NCBI GenBank assembly: GCA_026985705.1
Contig: JALSPY010000115.1
Span: 1 to 41,206, forward strand
Length of the DNA stretch: 41,206 nt
Direction: 5' to 3'
DNA from: Hydrogenothermaceae bacterium
Lineage (GTDB): Bacteria; Aquificota; Aquificia; Aquificales; Hydrogenothermaceae
In this document: one piece after another, positions 9,671 through 19,188 of the stretch
Layout of the letters: each line of letters begins with the position of its first letter
How positions within the stretch are numbered: position 1 is the stretch's first letter
Notes under the pieces: generated by a model
Seen by the model: only the letters and a program-made list of their open reading frames with translations
Database searches by the model: none
What the model was told of the DNA's origin: nothing
Translations under genes and position numbers: made by a program

Positions 9671-11170
9671 ATGGCTTATAGGGATTTAAGAGAGTTTATA
9701 GCTCTTTTGGAAAAAGAAGGGGAGTTATACAGAATTAAAGATAAGGTAAGCCCTATACTTGAGATAACTGAGATAGCTGATAGAGTTATGAAAATGCCAA
9801 GTGGTGGGAAGGCTCTTCTTTTTGAGAATGTGGAAGGATACGAAGGAATACCGGTTTTAATTAATGCTTTTGGAAGTGAGAAAAGGATGAAGTTAGCTTT
9901 AAATGTGAAAAATTTTGAGGATATAGGGTGGAAACTTTACAGGATATTAAAACCAGAAGTCCCAAACACATTTTTAGATAAACTAAAAAGAATTCCAGAG
10001 TTAAAAAAACTTAATGATGCATTACCTAAAGTTGTTAGAAATGCTCCAGTTCAAGAGATTGTAAAAACAGGGGAAGATATAAATATTTACGATTTCCCAG
10101 TTTTAAAATGTTGGCCTAAAGATGGAGGAAGATTTATAACCCTTCCTCAAGTTGTGTCAAAGGACCCTGAGACAGGTTTAAGAAATGTTGGAATGTATAG
10201 AATTCAGCTTTTAGATAAGGATAAAGTTGCTGTTCATTGGCAGATACATAAGGGAGGAGCTAAACATTACTGGAAGTATAAAAAAAGGGGAGAAAAAATC
10301 CCTGTTGCTATAGTTATCGGTGGAGACCCAGTTCTTACTTATGTTGCATCAGCTCCTTTACCTGAAGATGTAGATGAGTATTTATTTGCAGGAATAATAA
10401 GAGAAAAAGGAGTTGAGTTAGTTAAATGTCAAACTGTAGACTTAGAGGTTCCCGCTAACGCCGAAATAGTGATAGAGGGATACATAGACCCTAATGAACC
10501 ATTAGTTGATGAGGGACCATTCGGAGACCATACAGGATTTTATACACCTGTAGATAAATATCCATTAATGCATATTACAGCGATAACACACAGAAGAAAT
10601 CCTATCTATATAACAACTATTGTTGGTAAACCACCTATGGAAGATGGGTATATGGGAAAAGCTACAGAAAGAATATTTTTACCATTAGTTAAGTTTAACC
10701 TACCTGAAGTAGTTGATTACAACCTTCCAGTATCAGGATGTTTTCATAATTTCTGTTTTGTTTCAATAAAAAAACGATATCCGGGACATGCCTATAAAGT
10801 TATGGATGCATTATGGGGAATGGGACAGCTTATGTTTTCTAAACATATAGTTGTATTTGATGATTGGGTAAATGTTCAAGATATAAATGAGGTTTTATGG
10901 ATTTGGGGAAATAATGTTGACCCAATTAGAGATGTTGTTATAAAGAAGGGAGTTGTTGATGTTTTAGACCACTCTACAGACCTTATAGGTTTTGGTGGTA
11001 AGATGGGAATAGATGCAACAACAAAATGGAAAGAGGAGGGATATAAAAGAGATTGGCCTGAGGTTATACAGATGGATGAAAAAGTAAAAGAAAAAGTTAG
11101 ACCTATTGTAAATAAAGTGATAAAGGATATTCTAAAAAAAGAAATTGAAGATTTAAAAAAGAAATTATAG
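9671..11170 (+). CDS. UbiD-family (prenyl-FMN dependent) decarboxylase, probably the menaquinone-pathway paralog
   Basis: 499 aa with the typical UbiD N-terminus MAYRDLREFIALLEKEGEL, plus RNVGMYRIQ and GGDP. Divergent from the mqn radical SAM gene. Confidence 0.9.
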   Translation: MAYRDLREFIALLEKEGELYRIKDKVSPILEITEIADRVMKMPSGGKALLFENVEGYEGIPVLINAFGSEKRMKLALNVKNFEDIGWKLYRILKPEVPNTFLDKLKRIPELKKLNDALPKVVRNAPVQEIVKTGEDINIYDFPVLKCWPKDGGRFITLPQVVSKDPETGLRNVGMYRIQLLDKDKVAVHWQIHKGGAKHYWKYKKRGEKIPVAIVIGGDPVLTYVASAPLPEDVDEYLFAGIIREKGVELVKCQTVDLEVPANAEIVIEGYIDPNEPLVDEGPFGDHTGFYTPVDKYPLMHITAITHRRNPIYITTIVGKPPMEDGYMGKATERIFLPLVKFNLPEVVDYNLPVSGCFHNFCFVSIKKRYPGHAYKVMDALWGMGQLMFSKHIVVFDDWVNVQDINEVLWIWGNNVDPIRDVVIKKGVVDVLDHSTDLIGFGGKMGIDATTKWKEEGYKRDWPEVIQMDEKVKEKVRPIVNKVIKDILKKEIEDLKKKL

Positions 11171-11989
11171 TTCTTCTTTTTTACTTTCTTCACTTTTATC
11201 TTTTTTTGTTTTTCCTAACAACTCCCTCAGTTTAGCTCCTATATCGGTTGCCCTCATTAAAGTCTCACCAATTAAGAATGCATCAACACTATAGTTATCT
11301 TTTAAATCTTTTAACTGTTCATATGTTTCTAGACCACTTTCAGAAACTATAATCTCTGCTCCCTCTTCTCTCAATTTTGGAGCTAACTCTCTCGTTATGT
11401 TTATATCAACCTCAAAAGTTTCTAAATTTCTGTTGTTTATACCTATAATTTTTGCTCCACTTTCTAAAGCCTTTAGACCTTCTTCTAATGTGTGAACTTC
11501 AACTAAAGGTTCTAATTCAAATTCTTTCCCATACTTTATTAAATTTCTTAGTTCAGACCTTGATAAAACTTTAGCTATAAGTAGATAGCTATCAGCTCCG
11601 TAAGCTACTGCCTCTAGTATCTGTCTTTCATCAATAATAAAATCTTTTCTAAGCAATGGAACAGTGGTAAAAGGTCTTATCTGTAGTAGATAATCTATAT
11701 CTCCTTTAAAATACTCTTTATCTGTTAAAACAGATATAACAGAAGCTCCATTCTGATTGTAAATCTGAGCTATCTTTATTGGATTAAAGTCCTCTCTGAT
11801 TACTCCCTTTGACGGTGAAGCTTTTTTTATCTCAGCTATTATGTTTATACCTTTTTTCTTTAGAGCATATTTAAATGGTCTAACTTTATCTCTCAACTTT
11901 ACCCTTTTTGCCAAATAATTTATGTATCTTGGAGAGTAATACTCTAGCTCTTCCCTTTTAGTTTGAATAATCTTTTCTAAAATATTCAT
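11165..11989 (-). CDS. trpC: indole-3-glycerol phosphate synthase
   Basis: 274 aa with IIAEIKKASPSKGVIREDF, LRKDFI and GINNRNL motifs, plus a Lys/Glu-rich C-terminal tail. Overlaps the convergent ubiD-like stop by 6 nt. Confidence 0.92.
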   Translation of the reverse strand: MNILEKIIQTKREELEYYSPRYINYLAKRVKLRDKVRPFKYALKKKGINIIAEIKKASPSKGVIREDFNPIKIAQIYNQNGASVISVLTDKEYFKGDIDYLLQIRPFTTVPLLRKDFIIDERQILEAVAYGADSYLLIAKVLSRSELRNLIKYGKEFELEPLVEVHTLEEGLKALESGAKIIGINNRNLETFEVDINITRELAPKLREEGAEIIVSESGLETYEQLKDLKDNYSVDAFLIGETLMRATDIGAKLRELLGKTKKDKSEESKKEEL

Positions 11990-12078
11990 TTTATTACCTC
12001 AAAATCAATTTAATTTATTACATAATCTTAAATATTGAAAAAATTATCCAATTTAACAACAACTTTTTTATAGAATTT

Positions 12079-13458
12079 TCACAGCACTGGATAATTTCCG
12101 GTAAAGCAGGCTACACAAAAGCCTTTATTCTTTTTGTTTAATGCAGATTTAACCATACCATCAAGTGATAAATAGTAAAGCGTATCAACACCTATATAGT
12201 TTCTTATTTCTTCTACAGACTTAGTGGAAGCTATAAGCTCCTCCTTTGTTGGAGTATCTATACCATAAACACAGGGACTTATTACAGGGGGAGATGAAAT
12301 GAGAAAATGTATTTCTTTAGCTCCAGCTTTCTTTAACATTCCTACAATTTTTTTTGCTGTAGTTCCTCTTACAAGTGAGTCATCTATAAGAATAACCCTC
12401 TTTCCCTCAATAACCTGTCTTACAGGATTTAGTTTTAACTTTACACTTAAATCTCTAATTTCCTGCAAAGGCTGTATAAAACTTCTTCCTATATAATGAT
12501 TTCTTATTAATCCAAATTCTAAAGGAATACCACTCTCTTCAGAATATCCTTTAGCTGCCAGAAAACCACTATCTAAAACAGGGACAACAACATCAGCATC
12601 TATAGGTTTCTCTTTAGCTAACTGTCTTCCCATTTCCTTTCTAATTTCATAAACATAATCTTTAAAAATTATGCTATCTGGACGGGCGAAATATACATAT
12701 TCAAAAATACATTTATGAGCTTTATCTACAAAACCTAACGGAAAGTATGACCTTAAACCTTCTCCATCAATAACTAAAACCTCTCCCGGTTTTATATCTC
12801 TTAAATATTCAGCTTCTACCATATCCAAAGCACAGCTTTCAGATGCTAAAAATATAGAGCCTTGTTTATTTTTCCCTAAAACTAACGGTCTGAAACCATA
12901 AGGGTCTCTAACAGCTATTAACTGATTTTCTCTAAGTATAAGTAAAGAGTATGCACCTTTTACATTCTTCATTGCCGAAAATAATAGAGGTAAAAATTCT
13001 CTATCATTTTGATGAAGGTTTATATCAAACTCTTCAGTATTCCTTGCTTTAGCTATTAGATGAACAAAAACCTCTGTATCAGATGTTGTATGGAATATAG
13101 CTCCTTCCTTTTCAAGTTTTTCTCTAATTTCATTTGCATTGACTATATTTCCATTGTGGGATATTGCAAAACTTCCTTTGTAAAAATGAGTTATAAATGG
13201 TTGTATATTCTGGGGATTAGCTTTACCTGAAGTTGAATATCTAACATGTCCAATAGCTATATCTCCCTTCAGATTGTTTAAATCCTGTTCTTTTAAAGCT
13301 TGCATTACTAAACCTTCAGCCTTCTTTACATTTATCTCATACCTATTTGAAACAGCTATTCCTACCGCTTCCTGCCCTCTGTGTTGTAATGCGTGTAGTC
13401 CAAGATAAGTTAATTTAGAGGCATTATTATTATTGAAAACTCCAAAAATTCCACACAT
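12079..13458 (-). CDS. purF: amidophosphoribosyltransferase
   Basis: MCGIFGV N-terminal nucleophile and PRPP loop VILIDDSLVRGTT. I place the start at ATG 13458 (AAGGAG 11 nt upstream), which gives Met-Cys. The track start at 13494 is a TTG with no RBS. Confidence 0.93.
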   Translation of the reverse strand: MCGIFGVFNNNNASKLTYLGLHALQHRGQEAVGIAVSNRYEINVKKAEGLVMQALKEQDLNNLKGDIAIGHVRYSTSGKANPQNIQPFITHFYKGSFAISHNGNIVNANEIREKLEKEGAIFHTTSDTEVFVHLIAKARNTEEFDINLHQNDREFLPLLFSAMKNVKGAYSLLILRENQLIAVRDPYGFRPLVLGKNKQGSIFLASESCALDMVEAEYLRDIKPGEVLVIDGEGLRSYFPLGFVDKAHKCIFEYVYFARPDSIIFKDYVYEIRKEMGRQLAKEKPIDADVVVPVLDSGFLAAKGYSEESGIPLEFGLIRNHYIGRSFIQPLQEIRDLSVKLKLNPVRQVIEGKRVILIDDSLVRGTTAKKIVGMLKKAGAKEIHFLISSPPVISPCVYGIDTPTKEELIASTKSVEEIRNYIGVDTLYYLSLDGMVKSALNKKNKGFCVACFTGNYPVL

Positions 13459-13573
13459 TGTCTCTTTATCTCCTTTAAAATCTTCAATTACCAAAATTTT
13501 ACTATTTTATTTTTTGTCAGTTAAATAAAAGTTAAAAGATTGTTAAATAGAATTGAATAAAAGTTGATAGGTT

Positions 13574-14065
13574 TTACTTCAGTTCTCTTTTCTTTTCTTT
13601 TATGCTCCAATAAATTCCATCAAATATATCAGATAATTCATTAGAAAAACTTTCAGCTTTCTCATCTATATAGTTGTTTGGATAGATAATATCCCATAAA
13701 TAAGGATTTGTCGCTACTAGCCCAGTTCCATCTCCTAAATCGTATATAACCATATTAACTATAGCTAAAGGTGTTGCTTGGGGACTTACAAATGCTACTT
13801 CTTCAATATACTTTTCATTTACTAATTGAATAAGAAAAAAATTACCTTCTTTTTTTATTTCTATAATTTTTAAATTATTTTTGGAAGCACTAAGCTTTAA
13901 CTCATTTAAATACTCTGCTGGAGTTATGTTTGGATATGCTTTTTCTATTAATACAGAGCTCTTAACAGTCCTTACAGCTAAACCATACACAAAAATATAC
14001 AGGAAAAGCAGTGTTGAGAATATACCTATACCTGTTATTATCCAGAGTGGTTTATTCTTTATCAT
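13574..14065 (-). CDS. membrane-anchored hypothetical protein, weakly DUF302-like
   Basis: 163 aa with one N-terminal TM helix (PLWIITGIGIFSTLLFLYIFVYGL). The segment PLAIVNMVIYDLGDGTGLVATNP resembles the DUF302 core pattern; this is a low-confidence family guess. Confidence 0.55.
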   Translation of the reverse strand: MIKNKPLWIITGIGIFSTLLFLYIFVYGLAVRTVKSSVLIEKAYPNITPAEYLNELKLSASKNNLKIIEIKKEGNFFLIQLVNEKYIEEVAFVSPQATPLAIVNMVIYDLGDGTGLVATNPYLWDIIYPNNYIDEKAESFSNELSDIFDGIYWSIKEKKRELK

Positions 14066-14189
14066 TCTTTAACTTTTCCTTTTCTTCGTTATAGCTTGCT
14101 TTTACAGCTAGAGCCCATATGAGAGCAACTGTTAAGACCATAAATGTGAAGAACACTATTCCTATTAATTCCCACCAGTTATTTTCCAT
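14052..14189 (-). CDS. candidate 45-aa single-pass membrane peptide
   Basis: Own translation: MENNWWELIGIVFFTFMVLTVALIWALAVKASYNEEKEKLKNDKE. AAGG/AGGA lies upstream. The 3' end overlaps the next gene's ATG by 14 nt in another frame. Too short for the supplied track. Confidence 0.35.
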   Translation of the reverse strand: MENNWWELIGIVFFTFMVLTVALIWALAVKASYNEEKEKLKNDKE

Positions 14190-14449
14190 TCCTATTAACC
14201 TTATACGAAAGATAATACTAACTATTATTATAAGATTATCTTTTTATATTATAAAGAATAACAGTTATTAATCTAATTTTTTCTCCAATTCATTTCACCT
14301 AACTTATCTTGATATAAATTGATTAATTCTATACTAATAAAAACCCATTATTATGCTCCTTTGAACTTTTATATCTCATATTAGATTTTATAGATTTATA
14401 ATAATTTATTCTAATAATAACTAATGACCTTCAACAGAGGAGTTTAGAT

Positions 14450-14935
14450 ATGTTTGAAAAAAGGATAAAATTCATAAAGTTTTTTATACTGCTCCTTATA
14501 ACATCAACATTAGTCTTTGCAGAAGAAAAACTACCTTACTTTAAGTTTGAAACAGATACTGGCAGAATCATAAAAAAGAAAGATTTAAAAGATAAACCTA
14601 CAGTTATGATTTTTTGGGGAATTTACTGTCATACATGTAGAGATGAGCTTCCAAAACTAGAAAAGGTATATCAAAAGTATAGAGACAAAGTTAACTTTTT
14701 AGCTGTTGTAGTTGATACACAAGACATAGATGAAGTTAAAGAGTTTAAAGAAAAGATAGGTTTTAGTTATACGGTAGCATTCATAAACTCACAGTCAGAT
14801 TTAGTAAAGTTTAAAGTTTTTGGAACTCCAACAACACTTGTTATATCTCCGGATTTGATAGTTATTCGTAGATTTGTTGGAGATATTAACATAACAGCTC
14901 TAGAAAATCTACTTGATGAATTAATAATAAAATGA
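14450..14935 (+). CDS. periplasmic thioredoxin-fold thiol:disulfide oxidoreductase (TlpA/ResA-like)
   Basis: 161 aa with a signal-like N-terminus and a WGIYCHTCRDELP CxxC motif in a redoxin fold context. GAGGAG RBS. Confidence 0.8.
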   Translation: MFEKRIKFIKFFILLLITSTLVFAEEKLPYFKFETDTGRIIKKKDLKDKPTVMIFWGIYCHTCRDELPKLEKVYQKYRDKVNFLAVVVDTQDIDEVKEFKEKIGFSYTVAFINSQSDLVKFKVFGTPTTLVISPDLIVIRRFVGDINITALENLLDELIIK

Positions 14936-14943
14936 GGTGAAAA

Positions 14944-16530
14944 ATGGATAAAAAAGTATACATATACGATACAACTTTAAGAGATGGAACTCAGGCAGAA
15001 GGTGTAAATGTTTCCGTTGAGGATAAACTTAGAATAACAGAAAAATTAGATGACTTTGGGGTGCATTATATAGAAGGTGGATGGCCCGGTTCAAATCCAA
15101 AAGATGATGAGTATTTTAAACAGGTAAAAAATCTAAAGCTTAAGAATGCTAAAATATCAGCTTTCGGCTCAACTAGGAGACACTATCTTAAAGTGGAAAA
15201 CGACCCATTGGTTATAAATCTCATAAAAGCTGAAACTCCCACTATCACCATTTTTGGAAAAGCTTGGGATTTACATGTTATACAGGCTCTAAAGACCACA
15301 CTTGAAAAAAATCTAGAGATGGTTTACGACACAGTTAAGTTTTTAAAAAGGTATACAGATGAAGTAATCTTTATCGGAGAGCATTTTTTTGATGGATATA
15401 AGGAAAATCCTAGTTATGCATACAAAGTTTTAAAAACAGCTGAAGAAGCAGGAGCAGATTTTGTAGTTTTAGCAGATACAAATGGAGGAACACTGCCTAA
15501 TGAATTAGAAAGAATAATTAAAGAAATAAGAGAAAAAGGTTTAAGTGCAAAACTTGGAATACACGCCCATAACGATAGTGATACTGCAGTGTGGAACTCT
15601 ATAGTTGCAGTTTTAAATGGAGCAGTTCAGGTTCATGGAACTATAAATGGTTTCGGAGAAAGATGTGGAAATGCTAACCTCTGCTCTATTATACCAAACT
15701 TAACTTTAAAGTTAGGTTATGAAACTGTCCCTAAGGAAAACCTGAGAAAACTAAAAGAAGTTTCTAATTTTGTTGCTGATTTAGTAAATTTACCTGTCCC
15801 TAAGAATATGCCATATGTTGGAGACAGTGCATTTGCCCATAAAGGTGGTGTTCATGCATCAGCGGTAATTAAAAACTCTAGACTTTATGAGCATATACAA
15901 CCTGAGCTTGTAGGAAATAGAAGAAAAGTTTTAGTTTCAGACTTAGCAGGTAAAAGTAATATTATCTATAAAGCTAAAGAGTTTGGATTGGAGCTTAACG
16001 AAAAAGACCCTAAAGTTATTGAGCTTGTTAAAAAGATAAAAGAGTTGGAAAATGAAGGTTATCATTTTGAAGCAGCAGAGGCATCCCTTGAGATATTGAT
16101 AAGAAAACATCTAGGATTGTTTAAAGATTACTTTGATTTAGACAGTTATAGAGTTTTAATAATGAAGAGATTAGGAGATAAACTTCCTGTTTCGGAGGCT
16201 ACAGTTAGAATAAAAGTAGATGATAAGTATGAGCATACTGTATCGTTAGGTAATGGTCCTGTTAATGCTTTAGATAGGGCATTAAGAAAAGCATTAATAA
16301 ATATCTATCCTTCATTAAAGGAGATAGAGTTAATAGATTATAAAGTTAGAATTGTAAATGAGTTAGAGGGAACTGGAGCAAAGATAAGAGTTTTAGTTGA
16401 AAGTAGAGATAAGAAAAGAAAGTGGGGAACAATCGGAGTTTCAGACAATATCATAGAGGCATCTTGGAATGCTGTAGTTGATAGTTTTATATATAAACTT
16501 ATGAAAGATGAAGAAGATATGGAAACTTAA
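14944..16530 (+). CDS. cimA: (R)-citramalate synthase (LeuA-related family)
   Basis: 528 aa with [33 protein letters not shown] and a C-terminal LeuA-dimer-like domain. Length and N-terminus fit the CimA subgroup rather than long LeuA. Confidence 0.8.
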   Translation: MDKKVYIYDTTLRDGTQAEGVNVSVEDKLRITEKLDDFGVHYIEGGWPGSNPKDDEYFKQVKNLKLKNAKISAFGSTRRHYLKVENDPLVINLIKAETPTITIFGKAWDLHVIQALKTTLEKNLEMVYDTVKFLKRYTDEVIFIGEHFFDGYKENPSYAYKVLKTAEEAGADFVVLADTNGGTLPNELERIIKEIREKGLSAKLGIHAHNDSDTAVWNSIVAVLNGAVQVHGTINGFGERCGNANLCSIIPNLTLKLGYETVPKENLRKLKEVSNFVADLVNLPVPKNMPYVGDSAFAHKGGVHASAVIKNSRLYEHIQPELVGNRRKVLVSDLAGKSNIIYKAKEFGLELNEKDPKVIELVKKIKELENEGYHFEAAEASLEILIRKHLGLFKDYFDLDSYRVLIMKRLGDKLPVSEATVRIKVDDKYEHTVSLGNGPVNALDRALRKALINIYPSLKEIELIDYKVRIVNELEGTGAKIRVLVESRDKKRKWGTIGVSDNIIEASWNAVVDSFIYKLMKDEEDMET

Positions 16531-16620
16531 AGTAAAGTAAAAAATGATTTAAATTATAGATATTGAATTTTGAATATATTAATAATCTTATAATTAAAAT
16601 TTAAAAAGGAGGCTGTATTA

Positions 16621-16971
16621 GTGTTTTTAGACAGAGACACTTACAAGAAAATTCATATTTCAGTTCAAGAGTTAAAAGAAAAAATTGATAAAGGAGAAGA
16701 TTTTATTCTTTTAGATGTTAGAGAGCCACAGGAGTATGAGTATTCTAGAATAAAAGAAAAAGAAGCTATGTTAGTTCCGCTTATGAGATTACCTGCAGTG
16801 GCTGATAAACTTCCAAAGGATAAACCTATATATGTCCTATGTAGAAGTGGAAACAGAAGTTTACAGGCTACACTCTGGTTAATGGAAAAAGGATTTAAAA
16901 ATGTAAAGAATATTGAAGGTGGGATTTTAGCTTGGTCTGATTATATAGACCCAACAGTTAGAAAGTATTAA
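16621..16971 (+). CDS. single-domain rhodanese (sulfurtransferase)
   Basis: 116 aa with active-site loop CRSGNRS. GTG start with AGGAGG 8 nt upstream. Confidence 0.85.
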   Translation: MFLDRDTYKKIHISVQELKEKIDKGEDFILLDVREPQEYEYSRIKEKEAMLVPLMRLPAVADKLPKDKPIYVLCRSGNRSLQATLWLMEKGFKNVKNIEGGILAWSDYIDPTVRKY

Positions 16972-16974
16972 AAC

Positions 16975-16992
16975 AAAGCCCATTGGGGCTTT
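16975..16992. terminator. bidirectional intrinsic terminator between the rhodanese gene and nadA
   Basis: AAAGCCC-ATTG-GGGCTTT forms a 7-bp stem. T-runs follow it on the + strand and GTTTT on the - strand. It sits exactly between two convergent stops. Confidence 0.6.
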
Positions 16993-17937
16993 TTACACTA
17001 TACTTACCATTCTTTCTAAAGGTAATCTTGCCTTCTCCATTACATCTTCAGGTAAAATCACTTCATTTGTTTCATTTTCTAAAACTTCAGCTATTTTATC
17101 TAACGTATTCTTTTTCATATCGCAACAGTGAACAACTCCACAGTAGTCAGCTGTTTCAGGAAAAACATAGTTTTTGTTAGGATTTATCTTTTCTAACTGG
17201 TGTTTTAAACCAACTTCTGTTCCAATTATCACCGTATCAGCATCAGTTGTTGTTGCAAACTCTATTATCTGTGATGTGCTACCTACAAAATCAGCTATCT
17301 CTACAGCAGAAGTATTACACTCTGGATGAACTGCTATTTTAGCATTTGGGTACTTTTCTTTTAACTCTAATAACTGCTCAGCAGTTAGATTAAAGTGTGG
17401 TGGACAAAAACCTTCCCATAAAATAAATTCCTTTTCAGGAACTTGCTTAGCTATAAAACTACCTAAAAATTTATCAGGGACAAAAATAATTTTTTTCGCA
17501 TCTAGAGATTTAACAACTTTAACTGCATTTCTGGAAGTTACTATTATATCTGCTAAAGTTTTAACATCCGCATTTGTGTTTATATAAGCTACAACTACAG
17601 CATCAGGATGCTCCTCTTTCATCTTTTTTAAAGCCTGATAAGTTGCCATATCAGCCATGGGACATCCACTTTCAGGATTTGGATGTAAAACTTTTTTATC
17701 CGGATTTAAAATTTTGGCAGTTTCAGCCATAAATCTAACTCCTGCAAAAACGATTATGTTTGCATCTGTCTTTTGAGCTTTTCTAGCTAACTCTAAACTA
17801 TCTCCAACAACATCTGCTATATCCTGTATCTCTCCCCTTTGGTAATAATGAGCTAAAATTATTGCATTTTTTTCCTTTCTCAATTTATTTATTTTTTCAA
17901 TTAATTGTTCTTCTTTTTCGGTTAATGTGTAAGCCAA
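16993..17937 (-). CDS. nadA: quinolinate synthase
   Basis: 314 aa with ILAHYYQ, FMAETAKIL and VHPEC motifs. TTG start with GGGGGT 8 nt upstream. Confidence 0.95.
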   Translation of the reverse strand: MAYTLTEKEEQLIEKINKLRKEKNAIILAHYYQRGEIQDIADVVGDSLELARKAQKTDANIIVFAGVRFMAETAKILNPDKKVLHPNPESGCPMADMATYQALKKMKEEHPDAVVVAYINTNADVKTLADIIVTSRNAVKVVKSLDAKKIIFVPDKFLGSFIAKQVPEKEFILWEGFCPPHFNLTAEQLLELKEKYPNAKIAVHPECNTSAVEIADFVGSTSQIIEFATTTDADTVIIGTEVGLKHQLEKINPNKNYVFPETADYCGVVHCCDMKKNTLDKIAEVLENETNEVILPEDVMEKARLPLERMVSIV

Positions 17938-18097
17938 GATGGTATACCCCCTTTTAAAACACTGTTTTATTTTGAGATTATATTATAAAAACTTTAAAAA
18001 ACAATTCAAAAACTTTAATCATAATCTAATTGTTGTCATAACTAATTTATCTTTTTAAGAGTAAACTAAAAAATGAAAAATAAAAAAGGAGGTAAAG

Positions 18098-19171
18098 ATG
18101 GCTCTTACAGGAGTAATAGACAAACTGAAAAATACAACTTTAAGTGAGATAGGTGTTAGCTTTTCCCTTGCAGATATAATGAGGGATTTAAAGATAGATG
18201 GTAATAATGTTTATATAAAGCTGTTTTCTCCATCTGAAAAATATTATGATTATTTAAAAGAAAAAGCTGAGAAGGTTTTAAAGGAAATAGGAGCTGAAAA
18301 GGTTGAAGTTGAGTTTACAAATGAGCCACCTAAAACTACACAACAGCAACAACCACCACAACCACCACCACAAGCAAATCCATTTGAGAGTAGAAGGAGA
18401 ATTCCTAATGTTAAAAAAGTTATAGCAGTAGCATCCGGTAAAGGTGGAGTTGGTAAATCTACAGTTGCAGTTAATCTTTCAGCAGCATTAAAAAAGATGG
18501 GATATGATGTTGGATATTTAGATGCTGATATGTATGGACCTTCTGGTCCTACAATGTTGGGAGCTAAAGATAAACAGGTAATGGCAAGACCAGATAATAA
18601 ACTAATTCCACCGGTTGCCCATGGAATAAAGATAATGTCCATCGGATTACTACTACCTTCAGAGGATACTCCAGTAATATGGAGGGGACCAGTACTATTT
18701 AAAGCTCTAAACCAATTTCTATTTGATATAGACTGGGGAGAAGAAGGATTAGACTTTCTTATTATAGATTTACCACCGGGCACAGGAGATGTTCAGATAA
18801 CATTAGGTCAAACTGCCGAAATAGATGGAGCTGTTATAGTAACTACGCCTCAAGATGTGGCATTAGTTGATGTTAAAAAGGGAATACAGATGTTTAATGA
18901 GGTTCAAATACCAGTTTTAGGTATAGTGGAGAATATGAGTTATTTTGTATGCCCTGAAAGTAATAAAAAGTATGAGATATTTGGAAAAAGTAAAACTGAA
19001 GAAATAGCTAAAACTTACAATACTGAACTGTTAGGTAAAATTCCTATAGAGCCAAAAGTTGCAGAGTTTTCAGATTTAGGAATACCTATAGTTTTGGCTA
19101 AAGAAGATAGCAACTCAGCTAAAGCATTTATGGAAATAGCTCAAAATTTAATAAAAAAATTAAGTATGTAA
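18098..19171 (+). CDS. Mrp/ApbC/NBP35-family P-loop ATPase with N-terminal DUF59-like domain; CxxC motif degenerate (CPES)
   Basis: 357 aa with deviant Walker A VASGKGGVGKSTVAVNL, plus DLPPGTGD and VENMSYFVCPES. A Gln/Pro linker joins the N-domain and the ATPase. GGAGG RBS. Confidence 0.9.
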   Translation: MALTGVIDKLKNTTLSEIGVSFSLADIMRDLKIDGNNVYIKLFSPSEKYYDYLKEKAEKVLKEIGAEKVEVEFTNEPPKTTQQQQPPQPPPQANPFESRRRIPNVKKVIAVASGKGGVGKSTVAVNLSAALKKMGYDVGYLDADMYGPSGPTMLGAKDKQVMARPDNKLIPPVAHGIKIMSIGLLLPSEDTPVIWRGPVLFKALNQFLFDIDWGEEGLDFLIIDLPPGTGDVQITLGQTAEIDGAVIVTTPQDVALVDVKKGIQMFNEVQIPVLGIVENMSYFVCPESNKKYEIFGKSKTEEIAKTYNTELLGKIPIEPKVAEFSDLGIPIVLAKEDSNSAKAFMEIAQNLIKKLSM

Positions 19172-19188
19172 TAGGAGGTAATATAGAT

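Noticed and set aside
9346-14072. Antisense or edge ORFs 9346-9528, 10876-11193, 12299-12496 and 13881-14072
   Set aside because: They lie opposite the radical SAM gene, the ubiD-like gene, purF and the DUF302-like gene respectively. None has an RBS or motifs.
14205-14245. Inverted repeat AAGATAAT-N18-ATTATCTT upstream of the small membrane ORF
   Set aside because: The arms are AT-only with a long loop, so it would be thermodynamically negligible, especially in a thermophile. No functional context.
16983-17180. 65-aa plus-strand ORF overlapping the nadA 3' end
   Set aside because: It starts inside the bidirectional terminator, is antisense to nadA, and is Leu/Phe/Ser-rich.
18250-18783. 177-aa antisense ORF inside the mrp-like gene
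   Set aside because: It is fully embedded opposite a strongly supported CDS. It is opened by the CAA/CCA tract, its composition is Gly/Cys/Pro-rich junk, and it has no RBS.
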